Source: a virus. From it: 64,000 bases of DNA. Each line of letters opens with the position of its first letter. Positions within the stretch are counted from its first letter, which is position 1. Location: the IMG/VR virus record IMGVR_UViG_3300036766_001793, positions 101,485-165,484 of that record. One strand, given 5' to 3'. The notes under the pieces were generated by a model. It was given only the letters and a program-made list of their open reading frames with translations, ran no database searches and was not told where the DNA came from. Shown here piece by piece: positions 26,742 to 36,141 of this stretch. The position numbers and the translations under genes are program-made.

Positions 26742-27430
26742 GTGAAGAACCGCCTCCGCACCTTGATGATGAAGTCGTTGACCGGCTGGTAGTCCGTCCT
26801 CTTGCCGCCGTTATCGGCGTAGGCTCGGTCCAGCTGGACCTCTTGGGAGCCGCAAATGCTCTCAACCTCCCGGAGGTCGAACGTGGATTTGTCGTCCCGC
26901 CACGCCAGGAGGGTGGGCTCGATTGCGGTGCCCACGACGCTGAGCTCGAAGTCGCCGGTCTCGAGGAGCCGGCGAGCATTGTAGAGCGTCCGCAGCCACG
27001 CCATCGCGTACTTCCGCCCTTTCGCCTCAGTCCCCTCGAACATCCTGCGCCTCTGGGACTGCCCGTATCCCCTGAAGGCCTGGTAGACCCTCTCGCTGCT
27101 CCAGACGTGGGGGAACAGCGAGACCATCTCCCTGCCGAGCCCCGTCGTGCCGGCCAGCTGCGGGGCCCTCATGACCTCGAGAATGCTGGGGTTGCTCTTC
27201 GTCGCGAGGTGCAGGAAGTGTCCGACCTCGAACTCCGCGGAGTCGGCGGCGGGCTCCGCCTGCCCCAGCGGCCGCGACGCTTTGGGGGTCCGGTACTCGG
27301 CCTGGCTGCCGAGGACGAAGAACTGGGCCGTGTCTGTGACGTAGACCGCTTTCAGGTCAGTGTCAGAGTCCGGCCTCTCGAGCCCATGCGCCCGGCTGCC
27401 CACGAGGGCGTTGAGTATGGTGTGCCTCAT
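26738..27430 (-). CDS. Pol-beta superfamily nucleotidyltransferase (YcgL/RlaP-like)
   Basis: GSRAHGL..PDSDTD, K.NP.ILE. Confidence 0.88.
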   Translation of the reverse strand: MRHTILNALVGSRAHGLERPDSDTDLKAVYVTDTAQFFVLGSQAEYRTPKASRPLGQAEPAADSAEFEVGHFLHLATKSNPSILEVMRAPQLAGTTGLGREMVSLFPHVWSSERVYQAFRGYGQSQRRRMFEGTEAKGRKYAMAWLRTLYNARRLLETGDFELSVVGTAIEPTLLAWRDDKSTFDLREVESICGSQEVQLDRAYADNGGKRTDYQPVNDFIIKVRRRFFT

Positions 27431-28590
27431 TCTTTCCCCTCGTCATCGAACATTTCCAGTTCCCCGAATGGCCTGGTGGCCTTCGGCCTGACCCTCGCCC
27501 ACAGCCTGTCCCGCGGGGTGGCCCCGACGGTCCGGTAGTCCTTCCCGTCAAGCATCCCCATCGCGAGGTCGAACTCGGCCGAGTTCGCCTTCATCCACCT
27601 CGCCAGCTCACCGCGATTCCCACGCCCGACGGCGGCGAGCCCGTCCCCGAGGGACCCCTCGGCGGCCGCGAGCTTCTCCTCCACGGCGGCCGTCAGGCCG
27701 GCGACTATGCCCTGCGCCCACGAGTAGTACTCGTCCGGCGTGTTGTCCATGAACCGCCAGACCTCGCCCTCGCCCTGGTGCCTGATGATGTCCCAGACCG
27801 TCCTGGCGGTGAGTTCCGTGATAGCCCGGTGGAGCCTCACGTAATCGTCGAACTTCACCTTCAGCCTGAGGCCGGGCCCGGTGTACCTGAGGACGAAGCC
27901 CTCCTTGTTGGGGGCCTCCAGCAGCTTGAGGTCGAGCGGGTTGTCGGTGGACGCCAGGGTCGCGAAGAACTCGGGGACGTCCGGCCAGACGGACGCGTCC
28001 GGCGGGACGTCCCATCCCTGGTCCGTGTGGACGGACCCGAGGTAGACGAGGCGCTCCTCGCGGCCGTAGTCCACCACGACCCGGTTCTCCGGGTAGACGA
28101 TCTCGAATAGGTGCGTGAAGTCGTGGGCGAGCCCGTCCAGGCGCGCCGCGTACCTGGGCTCGCGTATCATCTCGGAGGCCCTGAGGGCCTGGTCGGACGC
28201 GAACGACCCGCGGGTCGCTATCCACGGCTCCCCCTGGTCGTCGCGGTACAGGATCCCAAGAGACCCGTCCACCTTCTCCCAGACCTCGTACGGGCCGTCC
28301 GGCAGGGGCCCGTGGTGCTCCTCGAAGTTGAAGAACTTCACGAAGGGCCTGGCGACCACCCGTCCCCCGGGGCGCGTGATGAGCCCGCGGGACATCAAGA
28401 TCTCCCTCGTCCACAGCCTCTCGAACTGGGCCTTCTGGGTGTAGTTCCAAATGAGGAGGCTCGAGGTCGGGTGCTCGTTGCAGGAGAGGTACCCATCGGC
28501 CTCGAGCCGCCTCATCTCCGCCATGTCGACTTCCCCGGCCTCCGCCGATCTGGCCAGCCCGGCCTCTTCCTTGGTCCGCATCTTCGCCAT
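27427..28590 (-). CDS. rnlA: RNA ligase 1 (T4 RnlA family)
   Basis: RPFVKFFN, EKVDGS (motif I), TRGSF, FEIV, EGFV, KVK. Confidence 0.93.
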   Translation of the reverse strand: MAKMRTKEEAGLARSAEAGEVDMAEMRRLEADGYLSCNEHPTSSLLIWNYTQKAQFERLWTREILMSRGLITRPGGRVVARPFVKFFNFEEHHGPLPDGPYEVWEKVDGSLGILYRDDQGEPWIATRGSFASDQALRASEMIREPRYAARLDGLAHDFTHLFEIVYPENRVVVDYGREERLVYLGSVHTDQGWDVPPDASVWPDVPEFFATLASTDNPLDLKLLEAPNKEGFVLRYTGPGLRLKVKFDDYVRLHRAITELTARTVWDIIRHQGEGEVWRFMDNTPDEYYSWAQGIVAGLTAAVEEKLAAAEGSLGDGLAAVGRGNRGELARWMKANSAEFDLAMGMLDGKDYRTVGATPRDRLWARVRPKATRPFGELEMFDDEGKE

Positions 28591-28594
28591 GGGC

Positions 28595-29035
28595 TTATGA
28601 TACCTCATCAGTACAACTTTGTACACCCAAGGCCCAGGAGACGTACTTCATGAGCTCCTTGTCGGTCGCGCCCTCGGCCAGGTCGCCCCTGATGAACGTG
28701 TTGTAGCTGTCAGCCGCGTACTTGCCCACGCCCGGGAGCTCCCGCACATCCTGGCTGGGCAGCCAGTCCAGGAACGCCCGGCTCATCCTGATTATCAGCC
28801 CCGACCTGCGGTTCTGGAGGCCGAGGGACTGGAGCATCGCCGCCATCTCCCCCTGGGGGGCGGAGGCCGCCTGCTCGGGCTCGGGCCACGTGGCGAAGAA
28901 GGTCCATATGACCGGCCTGACCTGCCTGATGCTCGTCTGGTTGAGGCACATGCATGCGACCAGAAGCCTCCAGGGCTCCCACCTCAGGTCCTCCTGGATC
29001 AGGCCCAGCGGGGAGCGGCGCGTCGGGGTGTCCAC
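28595..29035 (-). CDS. HhH-GPD DNA glycosylase, MBD4-catalytic-domain-like
   Basis: RSPLGLIQE...PWRLLVAC..LNQT...LPGVGKYAADSY..F...DKEL.KY..W. Confidence 0.88.
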   Translation of the reverse strand: MDTPTRRSPLGLIQEDLRWEPWRLLVACMCLNQTSIRQVRPVIWTFFATWPEPEQAASAPQGEMAAMLQSLGLQNRRSGLIIRMSRAFLDWLPSQDVRELPGVGKYAADSYNTFIRGDLAEGATDKELMKYVSWALGVQSCTDEVS

Positions 29036-29051
29036 GCGGGTATGGTACCGG

Positions 29052-29333
29052 TCAGCCCTCGAAGTACCCGATCAGCTCCCAGTCCAGCAGGCTGATGTAC
29101 TCCACGCCGCCGACGGTGTTCCTGTGACCGGTCCCGTAGGGGGGGAAGAGGACGGTCATCCCCTCCCTCAGCTCCCTGATCCTGACGGTCGGGCCGATCG
29201 ACTCCACCGTCCCCGTGGAGACGTTGTCCATCTTCATCCTTGGGATGATGACCCCGTGCCTCCCCGCCACCCTCTCCCCGGGCGGGGTGATCCTGACGAG
29301 AATGAAATTATTCATGGCCTGCTTCTTAAGCAT
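29052..29333 (-). CDS. GroES-like co-chaperonin (paralog 1)
   Basis: ILVR...GVIIP...GTVESIGP...G.TVLF..YG. Confidence 0.85.
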   Translation of the reverse strand: MLKKQAMNNFILVRITPPGERVAGRHGVIIPRMKMDNVSTGTVESIGPTVRIRELREGMTVLFPPYGTGHRNTVGGVEYISLLDWELIGYFEG

Positions 29334-29421
29334 ACATCCGTCTTCTTCCCTTCATTGCAAGAGAGCTTACCTCACCATCGAAGTACCCAGCCAAGTAAGC
29401 CAACTCTATAGGAGTCGTCAG
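29326..29421 (-). pseudogene. Truncated LAGLIDADG homing endonuclease remnant
   Basis: ELAYLAGYFDGE then an abrupt end; locally low GC. Confidence 0.7.
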
Positions 29422-29612
29422 TCTCTCCAAATCTGGTCCCACACTTTCTCCAGGTGCAGCCCCTCGGCGCCGCACTTCTTGCACAGCCCGGCCCTGCCTA
29501 TGCAGTTCGGGTGCCTCATGAGCGTGTCTCGCGGCAGCTTGACCGCCCTCCCGCCCTCTATCACCCAGTGGTGCGCGCACCCCCTGGGACCCCCCTCAGT
29601 TTGCTCTTCCAT
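29418..29612 (-). CDS. Small Zn-ribbon protein (CAHHW...CKKC)
   Basis: Cys/His motif. Confidence 0.65.
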   Translation of the reverse strand: MEEQTEGGPRGCAHHWVIEGGRAVKLPRDTLMRHPNCIGRAGLCKKCGAEGLHLEKVWDQIWRD

Positions 29613-29617
29613 TCACC

Positions 29618-30025
29618 CTACCGGCCGAAGGCTCTCTGGAGCCTGGCTTCCACTGTCTTCCCCCACCCGGGGAGGTTCCTGTCGACGGCGCCCTGCAGGA
29701 AGCGCCTGGGCCGGGCCCCCGCGGTCACGCGCGGCGGCCGGCGGCCCGGCCTCCTCACGAATATGCTGGCGCTCGACACGGACTGCGGCCTGGCGGGGCC
29801 GCCCCTCGGCCTGGCGAGCCCCCAGTCGCCGTGCTCCACGGAGAAGGCGTACGGCGCCGTGTACCCGATCTCGACCCCGTTGCTGAGCCGCCTTATGTAC
29901 CCTGACCTCTTCAGGCGGCCTGTCCTGACCGGGACGTCGCGCTGGCTGTCCCTGAAGACCGCCGCGCCGAGGTCCTGTATCCCCCTCACCAGCTCCTGCT
30001 CCAGGCGGTCCGCGAAGCTCGGCAT
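29618..30025 (-). CDS. HK97 gp10-like neck/tail-completion protein
   Basis: VPVRTGRLKRS...YTAPYAFSVEHG...PRRFL. Confidence 0.82.
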   Translation of the reverse strand: MPSFADRLEQELVRGIQDLGAAVFRDSQRDVPVRTGRLKRSGYIRRLSNGVEIGYTAPYAFSVEHGDWGLARPRGGPARPQSVSSASIFVRRPGRRPPRVTAGARPRRFLQGAVDRNLPGWGKTVEARLQRAFGR

Positions 30026-30642
30026 CACGTCCCGCCCAGGGAGGACAGGTCGGCCCTCCACTGCCTGAGGTCCGGCAGCGCGTCCCCGACGTGCGGGGCG
30101 TCCCAGTCCCTCAGGAACGCGGAGAGCATGCCCTCGACCTCGTCTATCAGCCCTGGGGCGAAGTCCGGGTCGTCCGCCAGGACGCAGCGGTAGATCGGCC
30201 TCATCGCCTGCCTCATGGTCATCGGCGCCCCGGTCACCTCGTTGTCGAACGCCCACACTCCGCCGTCCCGCCCCAGCCCCCAGTTGTTGGCGTGGCGGTC
30301 GCGGTTCCTCATGACGAGGTCCAGGCACGCCATGGCGGCGAGGCCGCGCAGGGCGCGCCCGGTGGCCCTCACCGACCTGAGCAGCCGCTCGCCAGCCAGG
30401 TGGGCCGTCGTGCCGTCCACCATCTCCTGCGCCGTGCCGTGCCGCCCCACGACGACCGTCCGCGGGACCACCCCGCCGAAGTACCTCTCCGACAGCGCGT
30501 ACGCGAACGCCTCGTCCGGGCCACGGCGGAGGACCCACCGCCCGCCGCCGGCGTCCACCGCCACGAGGTGGCCCGACCTGCCGGGGGCCATCTCCCCCGG
30601 GAGCGGCGGTCTCACCTCGACGAACGCGACGTCACGTCCCAT
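30025..30642 (-). CDS. PI3/4-kinase/HipA-like kinase-fold protein
   Basis: EAFAYAL...VP.T...LDLVMRNRDRHANNW...WAFDNE. Confidence 0.75.
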   Translation of the reverse strand: MGRDVAFVEVRPPLPGEMAPGRSGHLVAVDAGGGRWVLRRGPDEAFAYALSERYFGGVVPRTVVVGRHGTAQEMVDGTTAHLAGERLLRSVRATGRALRGLAAMACLDLVMRNRDRHANNWGLGRDGGVWAFDNEVTGAPMTMRQAMRPIYRCVLADDPDFAPGLIDEVEGMLSAFLRDWDAPHVGDALPDLRQWRADLSSLGGT

Positions 30643-33600
30643 AGGGGCCCGGGATCTCGGCCGCCCCCTCGGCCGCCTCCGCCCGCCCGCGGGCCGGCCG
30701 CCTCGGGTCCTGCTCCGGCGGCAGCGGCTGCTCCACCCCCTGGCCGAGCTTGGCCGCCCTCTGCTGGTCCGGCATCGCCCCGCCGCCCGGCCCGCCGAAC
30801 CCGCCGCCCCCGAACGGGCTGGCCCCGTCGGCCTGCGCCTTCTGCTGCTCCTCCGCGGAGAGCACGCGGCCGTGGAAGCTGAACTCGTCCGTCTCGGAGT
30901 CCCACTCCACCCCGAACCCCATGCCGGCGAACGTCTGGGCGACGGAGGCCTTGGCCTGGGTGATCTGGATCTCGACCAGCTCGCTGGTCTCCTCGGGGGT
31001 CCTGATCTTGAGGTGCCAGTCGCCTATCTTGAGCGCCCTCTGGAGCTTCGGGAATACGTCAGTGTGGTACGACCGCTGTGCGCCCTCAACTACACGCGAC
31101 ATCACTGTGAGCTGCTGGCTGTTGGAGAGGACCACGCCCCCGATGCCACCGACGAACAGGTGGCTCTCGTCCGCCACCTCTATGTCGTAGACGAAGTCGT
31201 GCCAGTCCTCCTGGACGTGCACGCCGCGCACCTCCTCCCTCTCGATGCGCCTGGGCATGACCCGGCCGGCCTCCTCGCCGAGCAGGGTCTCCACCCCATA
31301 GAAGTGCGAGTGGCGCGGGCTGGCGCTCGGGAGAAAGTTGGCCCTGGTCGCCGTCCCGGTGGCCCAGTAGAGGTACTGGAGCCCGGCGGCGAGGGGGAAG
31401 TCCACCGACCCCTGGGTGACGGTCCCGTTGGGGGTTGTGTGCCCGTCCCCGGCCACATACCCGTCCAGGTAGGACCTCATAACGTCCTTCCCGGCGTTCA
31501 GCACGAGGTGGGGCACCTTCTTGTAGCACTTCTTCTGGTCTGTCCTACGGGACCGCCCGAGCTCTGGATCATGCACCCCATAAGAGACCCTGTAACTGGA
31601 CGTGGCGTTGGCCGTGAACCACCCGGCCAGTTCCTTGCTCTGGACCTCTATCGATGCGGACCTCTTGACGCCCTTGCGCTCCCGCCAGTACACCTTCGGC
31701 ACGGTCCCGAACGCCCGCCTGATCCTGGCCTCCGCCGCCCTGACCAGCCCCTCGTCAGTGTTGGACCAGCACACCCTAGTGGCGCTGGCGTAGCCCTCAG
31801 CCCCGAAGAACCCGAGCAGCCACGCCAGGTCCTCTGTCATCGACACAGATCCCGTGGCTTCTGGCAGCACGAGGGACAGCCTGTCCCCGTCCTTTATCTC
31901 GTCTGCGGCCACCTTCTCGCCGTTCACGACCACCGAGTGGTTGCCTGTCACCCTCAGCAGGGCGTCGCCAGCCCTCACCGTGAACATTGGCTTGTCCGTC
32001 ATGTGCCTGAACACCTTGTTTATGGCAGACCACCCGTTTGGGGTGAGCGCCTCCACCGTCTCAAGCCTTCGATTGGATCCGTTGTGCAGCCATGCTATGG
32101 GCACACAATCAATGAACTCCTTATCGTACCTGACCCAGACCGGAGTATCACCGGGGATGCTCTCGTTGTTTAGCCCACCTATCCCCTCGGTGGAGTTATG
32201 GAGAAGCACGCCGCCTATGCCACCGGCGAACGTGCCGTCCTCAGTCTCGAGATCGTATACCCAGGCGCCCGTTTTATGAACGGACTTGCTCACCGTCTTG
32301 ACCTCGTTGATTGCCTTCTTCCTGACGGTCAGGATCTCCTGGAGCTTCCAGCTCCTTGCGTCCTTCGTCATCTGCGGGCCGCCCTTGCCCCGGCGCTTGT
32401 CCTGGATGTAGAGGACGGACACCTCCATGCCGATGGCCCTGAACAGGTAGTCCACGCCGGCCATGAGGGTCGGGTGCGCCCCGACCACGGCGCGCTGGCC
32501 GAGCGGGGTGACCGAGCCGTCTCCGGCCATGAAGCCGTCCACGAAGGCCCTCATCACACCAGTGCTCCCGTTGAGCACGGCCTTGGGAACCCTCCTCACC
32601 GTGATCTCCCTCATGCTCCCCGGGGCGTCCCCGGTCAGGAACGTGGTGAACAGCTCCCTCTCGAGCTCCTGGGCAACGTCCCCGTAGGCCCTAACCCTCA
32701 GCCCGTCGTCGCGCGTCGCCCGCTGGTAGGCTGACTCGAAGCACCGGGCGAACTCCGCCCTATGGCCGTCGTCTCGGCAGGTCGCCTCGACCAGGTTCTT
32801 CCCAGGGCGGATGACAGTCCCCTCGGCCGCGTAGAATCCGAGGGCCCACGCTTTCTCCGCAGTCATGGTCGCGAGAGACGGCGAATCCGGGAGGTCTGCC
32901 AGCTCTATCAGGTCGCCTGGGCTGAGGTCGCCAGCGCTAATCTCACGGCCGCCCTCGTCGAACAGAGAATGGTTGGCGGTCACTTCGATCGAGGACCCGC
33001 CAGTGGTGACGACCACCACGTCCTCCTGAGCTCGGTGGGCGAACACCTTGGTGATCGGCCGCCATCCGCTCCTGGTGAGGGCCTCGATAATACCGTTCTT
33101 GAGCCCGTCGACGAGAGGAGGCTTGGCCATCATGTCCCCCCCGCGATCTGGGTGGGTGACCGAGTACAGGCTCCCGATGGGGACGAGGTCGATGAACCTG
33201 CCCTCCTTGCGCACCCACACCGGAGCGTCCGGCGGGAGGCTCTGCATCCAGATCTGCGACACCCCGTAGATGCCGGAGATGCGCTCCCGTATCTCGTCCC
33301 TGACCGGCAGGTAGTCGAGCTCGTCGAGGGAGTACGCGAACCGCACGAACTCCATGCGCCCCTGGCCGCTCTTGGAGGCGATCGCCATCCAGGGGATGTA
33401 GTGCGGGTCCTGCTGCATGCGGGCCTCGACCTCGTTCTTCGTCGCGTTGAAGGCCGCCGTGTCGTCCGTCACCACGGTGACGACGCCCTGCGGGACCTTG
33501 CGCTCGTAGAAGTAGTCGTAGAGGTACCGGTCCATGCCGATGAGGGTCATGGCCTTCTCGTAGATGCTCAGGACCGGCGGGAAGCCGTAGGTCTCCGTAT

Positions 33601-35812
33601 TGCCTGACCACACGGTCTTGCCGTTCCGGCGGACCATCATGACGTGGTTCTGGACCTCGAGGCCGAACACGGCCCCGACCCTCCGCTTCTCGTGGGAGAG
33701 GCCGTATCTCCCGGGGTTCAGGCACAGGTCCGCCTCCTGGTGGACCCCGAACCTGAGCCCGGTCTTACCGGTGAAGCACGTCTGGTACCCGAGCTTGATG
33801 GACACCTCGGCCACGTCCTCCAGGAACTTGGGGGAGAACGACCTGAAGGAGGCCGGCCGGCCGCGCTCGTCAAAGTGCCCGTCGCCCCTCATGACGGCGT
33901 CGAACAGGACGCTCAGCCTGGCCGGCGGCAAGTCCTTCAGCCACGCCGGGATGAACCGGTCCCTCGACCGCCCGAACTGCTCGAAGTACCGCCTGAGGCC
34001 CGGGTGCCAGACGGAGATCTTGTCCTCGTGTGGCGTCGTCACGTGGAGCCCGAGCCTCTCGGCGCACTCGATCATGCGCCGCCTGTTCTCCGGGTTGGCC
34101 GACGAGCTCTGCGTGAGGCTCACAGGGGCTGACCGCCGGCCGCTGGGCACGTACGACCCCTCCGTCAGCCAGTACCCAAGGAACTCGAGCCAGTCCGACA
34201 TCGGGACCATCCTCGGAGCGATGGCCCTCCCGCCCCAGTACCTGCCGTGCGAGGACGGGCTCTCGTACCCCGGGATCTCGAACTGGCCGACGTCCTCCCC
34301 GGCCCACCCCGCGGTGTTGGACATATAGATCCGCTGGGAGTTGTCTATCCTGTAAGCCTCGACGAGCCCGAACTCAGTGGTGAGCCTCTCGCCGACCGGC
34401 CCCTCGTACCCAGAGTTGCGCTCGCCTAGGCTCGGATGCTTGGTGGCCACATGGTGCCTGGGGAACCCGTCGTGCTCGTGCATGGGGGTGTAGCCTGGGT
34501 CAGGGCTATGCGCGCCCCTCACCCAGAGCTTATGGTGCGGCGTGACCACGAGGTCCACCCGCTGCCCCTTGGCCACCCACATCGGCCCGGTGTGCGGCTT
34601 CACCACCTTGTCCGTCGGCCCCTGCCACTCAAGGAACCCCCCGGGGGACCTGGTGGCCACCTCGTCGACGCCGATCTCGACGTCGACGATCCTCTTCCAC
34701 CCGCCCCTGGTCATCACCTCGGTGTCGTAGTCGTAGCACGGGCTGTACCGCGACCAGTGGATGACCTCGTCGTCGAGGAGGTAGAGCACCTTGGCCCTCC
34801 CGGGGCCGTAGGCGCTCGCCTGCTGCTCGCTGTACTTGTAGTACACCGGGTAGGTTCTGAGACCGCAGCTTGGGCATATACCCTTCCACTCGATGTCCCA
34901 TCCCTCGTTTATGGGGACATCAAGGATGACATCTCTATCAAAAACACACAGGTGGTGTCCTTGCCCAGGGACTCCTCGGTCGTCCATGTCGAACTCCACG
35001 AGGGTCGGGTCCATCCTGAAGATCTGCATGACCTCGCGGTCCGGAGCGTACTTGTCGTTGAACGGGTCTTCCTTCGCCTCGGCTATCTCGTGGTCCGCCA
35101 GCTCGTAGCGGCACCTGAAGTATATGAACCCGTCATCTACTACATTGATGTCGTCCTCTGTCTGGCGGAGGATGGACTCCAGCGACTGGCCGAAGTAGTT
35201 CGCGTGGTCCAGGAACCGGTCGAAGGCCTTGATCTCCCTCGGCGACGGCCTGCGGAGCGGGTACCCGCCCTGCGGGTTCTCCTCCTCCATCTGGAGCGGG
35301 TTCCCGTCCTCGCCGAGGTGCAGCCCCTCGTCCTCCCGGCAGTGGCAGGAGAACTTCGCCCTCTTGGCCTCCTTCGCCGTGAACTCGGAGTCGCACCGGT
35401 CGCACTTGAACTCGAAGGCTGGCTCCCACTCCAGGCCGCGCCTGAAGATCTCGTTCCTGAGGTGCAGTGTGGCGGTCCTGACGTCGCCGCTGTTCAGGAC
35501 GATGGCGTAGAGGTCGAGCAGCCTCCGGCGCTCCGCCGCGTACTGGCGCCGGCCCTTGATGCCGTAGTCGTTGATCCCGACGAGGCCGCCCATCGCGGTG
35601 GCCTTGTCCACCATGCTCGCCATCGGGCCGTAGAGCCTCTGGTCGTTCGCCGCCCGGTCTATCGTGTCCCTCACCGTCTGGGCGTGGTGGGCGACCGAGC
35701 CGCCCCTCCTGATGGTCGCGTCCAGGAACCCCCTGAAGTCGTCCTGGGGCGCGGCCGCGCTGGGGCGGCGGCCGCCCCAGAGGAAGCTGGAGACCGTGTC
35801 CCTGACCCCCAT
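30632..35812 (-). CDS. Portal protein with three inteins (about 650 aa after splicing)
   Basis: Next to TerL; VIHW...YGFPP...YF....VPQG portal-like motifs; CxxC insertions. Confidence 0.88.
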   Translation of the reverse strand: MGVRDTVSSFLWGGRRPSAAAPQDDFRGFLDATIRRGGSVAHHAQTVRDTIDRAANDQRLYGPMASMVDKATAMGGLVGINDYGIKGRRQYAAERRRLLDLYAIVLNSGDVRTATLHLRNEIFRRGLEWEPAFEFKCDRCDSEFTAKEAKRAKFSCHCREDEGLHLGEDGNPLQMEEENPQGGYPLRRPSPREIKAFDRFLDHANYFGQSLESILRQTEDDINVVDDGFIYFRCRYELADHEIAEAKEDPFNDKYAPDREVMQIFRMDPTLVEFDMDDRGVPGQGHHLCVFDRDVILDVPINEGWDIEWKGICPSCGLRTYPVYYKYSEQQASAYGPGRAKVLYLLDDEVIHWSRYSPCYDYDTEVMTRGGWKRIVDVEIGVDEVATRSPGGFLEWQGPTDKVVKPHTGPMWVAKGQRVDLVVTPHHKLWVRGAHSPDPGYTPMHEHDGFPRHHVATKHPSLGERNSGYEGPVGERLTTEFGLVEAYRIDNSQRIYMSNTAGWAGEDVGQFEIPGYESPSSHGRYWGGRAIAPRMVPMSDWLEFLGYWLTEGSYVPSGRRSAPVSLTQSSSANPENRRRMIECAERLGLHVTTPHEDKISVWHPGLRRYFEQFGRSRDRFIPAWLKDLPPARLSVLFDAVMRGDGHFDERGRPASFRSFSPKFLEDVAEVSIKLGYQTCFTGKTGLRFGVHQEADLCLNPGRYGLSHEKRRVGAVFGLEVQNHVMMVRRNGKTVWSGNTETYGFPPVLSIYEKAMTLIGMDRYLYDYFYERKVPQGVVTVVTDDTAAFNATKNEVEARMQQDPHYIPWMAIASKSGQGRMEFVRFAYSLDELDYLPVRDEIRERISGIYGVSQIWMQSLPPDAPVWVRKEGRFIDLVPIGSLYSVTHPDRGGDMMAKPPLVDGLKNGIIEALTRSGWRPITKVFAHRAQEDVVVVTTGGSSIEVTANHSLFDEGGREISAGDLSPGDLIELADLPDSPSLATMTAEKAWALGFYAAEGTVIRPGKNLVEATCRDDGHRAEFARCFESAYQRATRDDGLRVRAYGDVAQELERELFTTFLTGDAPGSMREITVRRVPKAVLNGSTGVMRAFVDGFMAGDGSVTPLGQRAVVGAHPTLMAGVDYLFRAIGMEVSVLYIQDKRRGKGGPQMTKDARSWKLQEILTVRKKAINEVKTVSKSVHKTGAWVYDLETEDGTFAGGIGGVLLHNSTEGIGGLNNESIPGDTPVWVRYDKEFIDCVPIAWLHNGSNRRLETVEALTPNGWSAINKVFRHMTDKPMFTVRAGDALLRVTGNHSVVVNGEKVAADEIKDGDRLSLVLPEATGSVSMTEDLAWLLGFFGAEGYASATRVCWSNTDEGLVRAAEARIRRAFGTVPKVYWRERKGVKRSASIEVQSKELAGWFTANATSSYRVSYGVHDPELGRSRRTDQKKCYKKVPHLVLNAGKDVMRSYLDGYVAGDGHTTPNGTVTQGSVDFPLAAGLQYLYWATGTATRANFLPSASPRHSHFYGVETLLGEEAGRVMPRRIEREEVRGVHVQEDWHDFVYDIEVADESHLFVGGIGGVVLSNSQQLTVMSRVVEGAQRSYHTDVFPKLQRALKIGDWHLKIRTPEETSELVEIQITQAKASVAQTFAGMGFGVEWDSETDEFSFHGRVLSAEEQQKAQADGASPFGGGGFGGPGGGAMPDQQRAAKLGQGVEQPLPPEQDPRRPARGRAEAAEGAAEIPGPYGT
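31121..32161 (-). mobile_element. Portal intein 3 (347 aa, Ser1, ends SN/S)
   Basis: SIPGDTPV...VTGNHS...LGFFGAEG...GYVAGDG...VLSN/S. Confidence 0.92.
32195..33241 (-). mobile_element. Portal intein 2 (349 aa, Ser1, LAGLIDADG-type)
   Basis: SLPPDAPV...VTANHS...LGFYAAEG...GFMAGDG...LLHN/S. Confidence 0.92.
33599..34738 (-). mobile_element. Portal intein 1 (380 aa, LAGLIDADG-type, ends GN/T)
   Basis: CYDYDTEV...VTPHH...FLGYWLTEG...MRGDG...WSGN/T. Confidence 0.92.
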
Positions 35813-35814
35813 CT

Positions 35815-36141
35815 CTACCCCTCTATCCTGGCGAGGATGCCGTCGGACGCCATGATGAGGCACTTGCGCTCGCCGCTCGGGCTGTCGTCCGCGAACGCCC
35901 ACCGGCCCCCCTGCCACTCCGCGAAGACGACCCGGTCACCCTCTCGGATGCCCACCATCTCGGCGAGGTCTGGAGCCGCCCTCAGCACAGTCCCGGTCTT
36001 CGTGTTCCCTGCCCGGGGGACGACGATGCCCGCGGAGGAGGGCCGCTCCAGGTCCTCCTCCACCGCGACGTAGTCCGCGGTGAGCCTCAGCGCCGAGAAC
36101 TGCTCCTCGACCCTGGTGTAGCCGGCCAGCTTAATCGCCAT
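35815..36141 (-). CDS. GroES-like co-chaperonin (paralog 2)
   Basis: DYVAV...SSAGIVVP...GTV...GDRVVF.EW.G...ILA. Confidence 0.88.
   Translation of the reverse strand: MAIKLAGYTRVEEQFSALRLTADYVAVEEDLERPSSAGIVVPRAGNTKTGTVLRAAPDLAEMVGIREGDRVVFAEWQGGRWAFADDSPSGERKCLIMASDGILARIEG

Noticed and set aside
31121-33241. Class 3 inteins
   Set aside because: Both start with Ser and have Asp, not Cys, in block F (VYDLE, VYDIE), which fits class 1.
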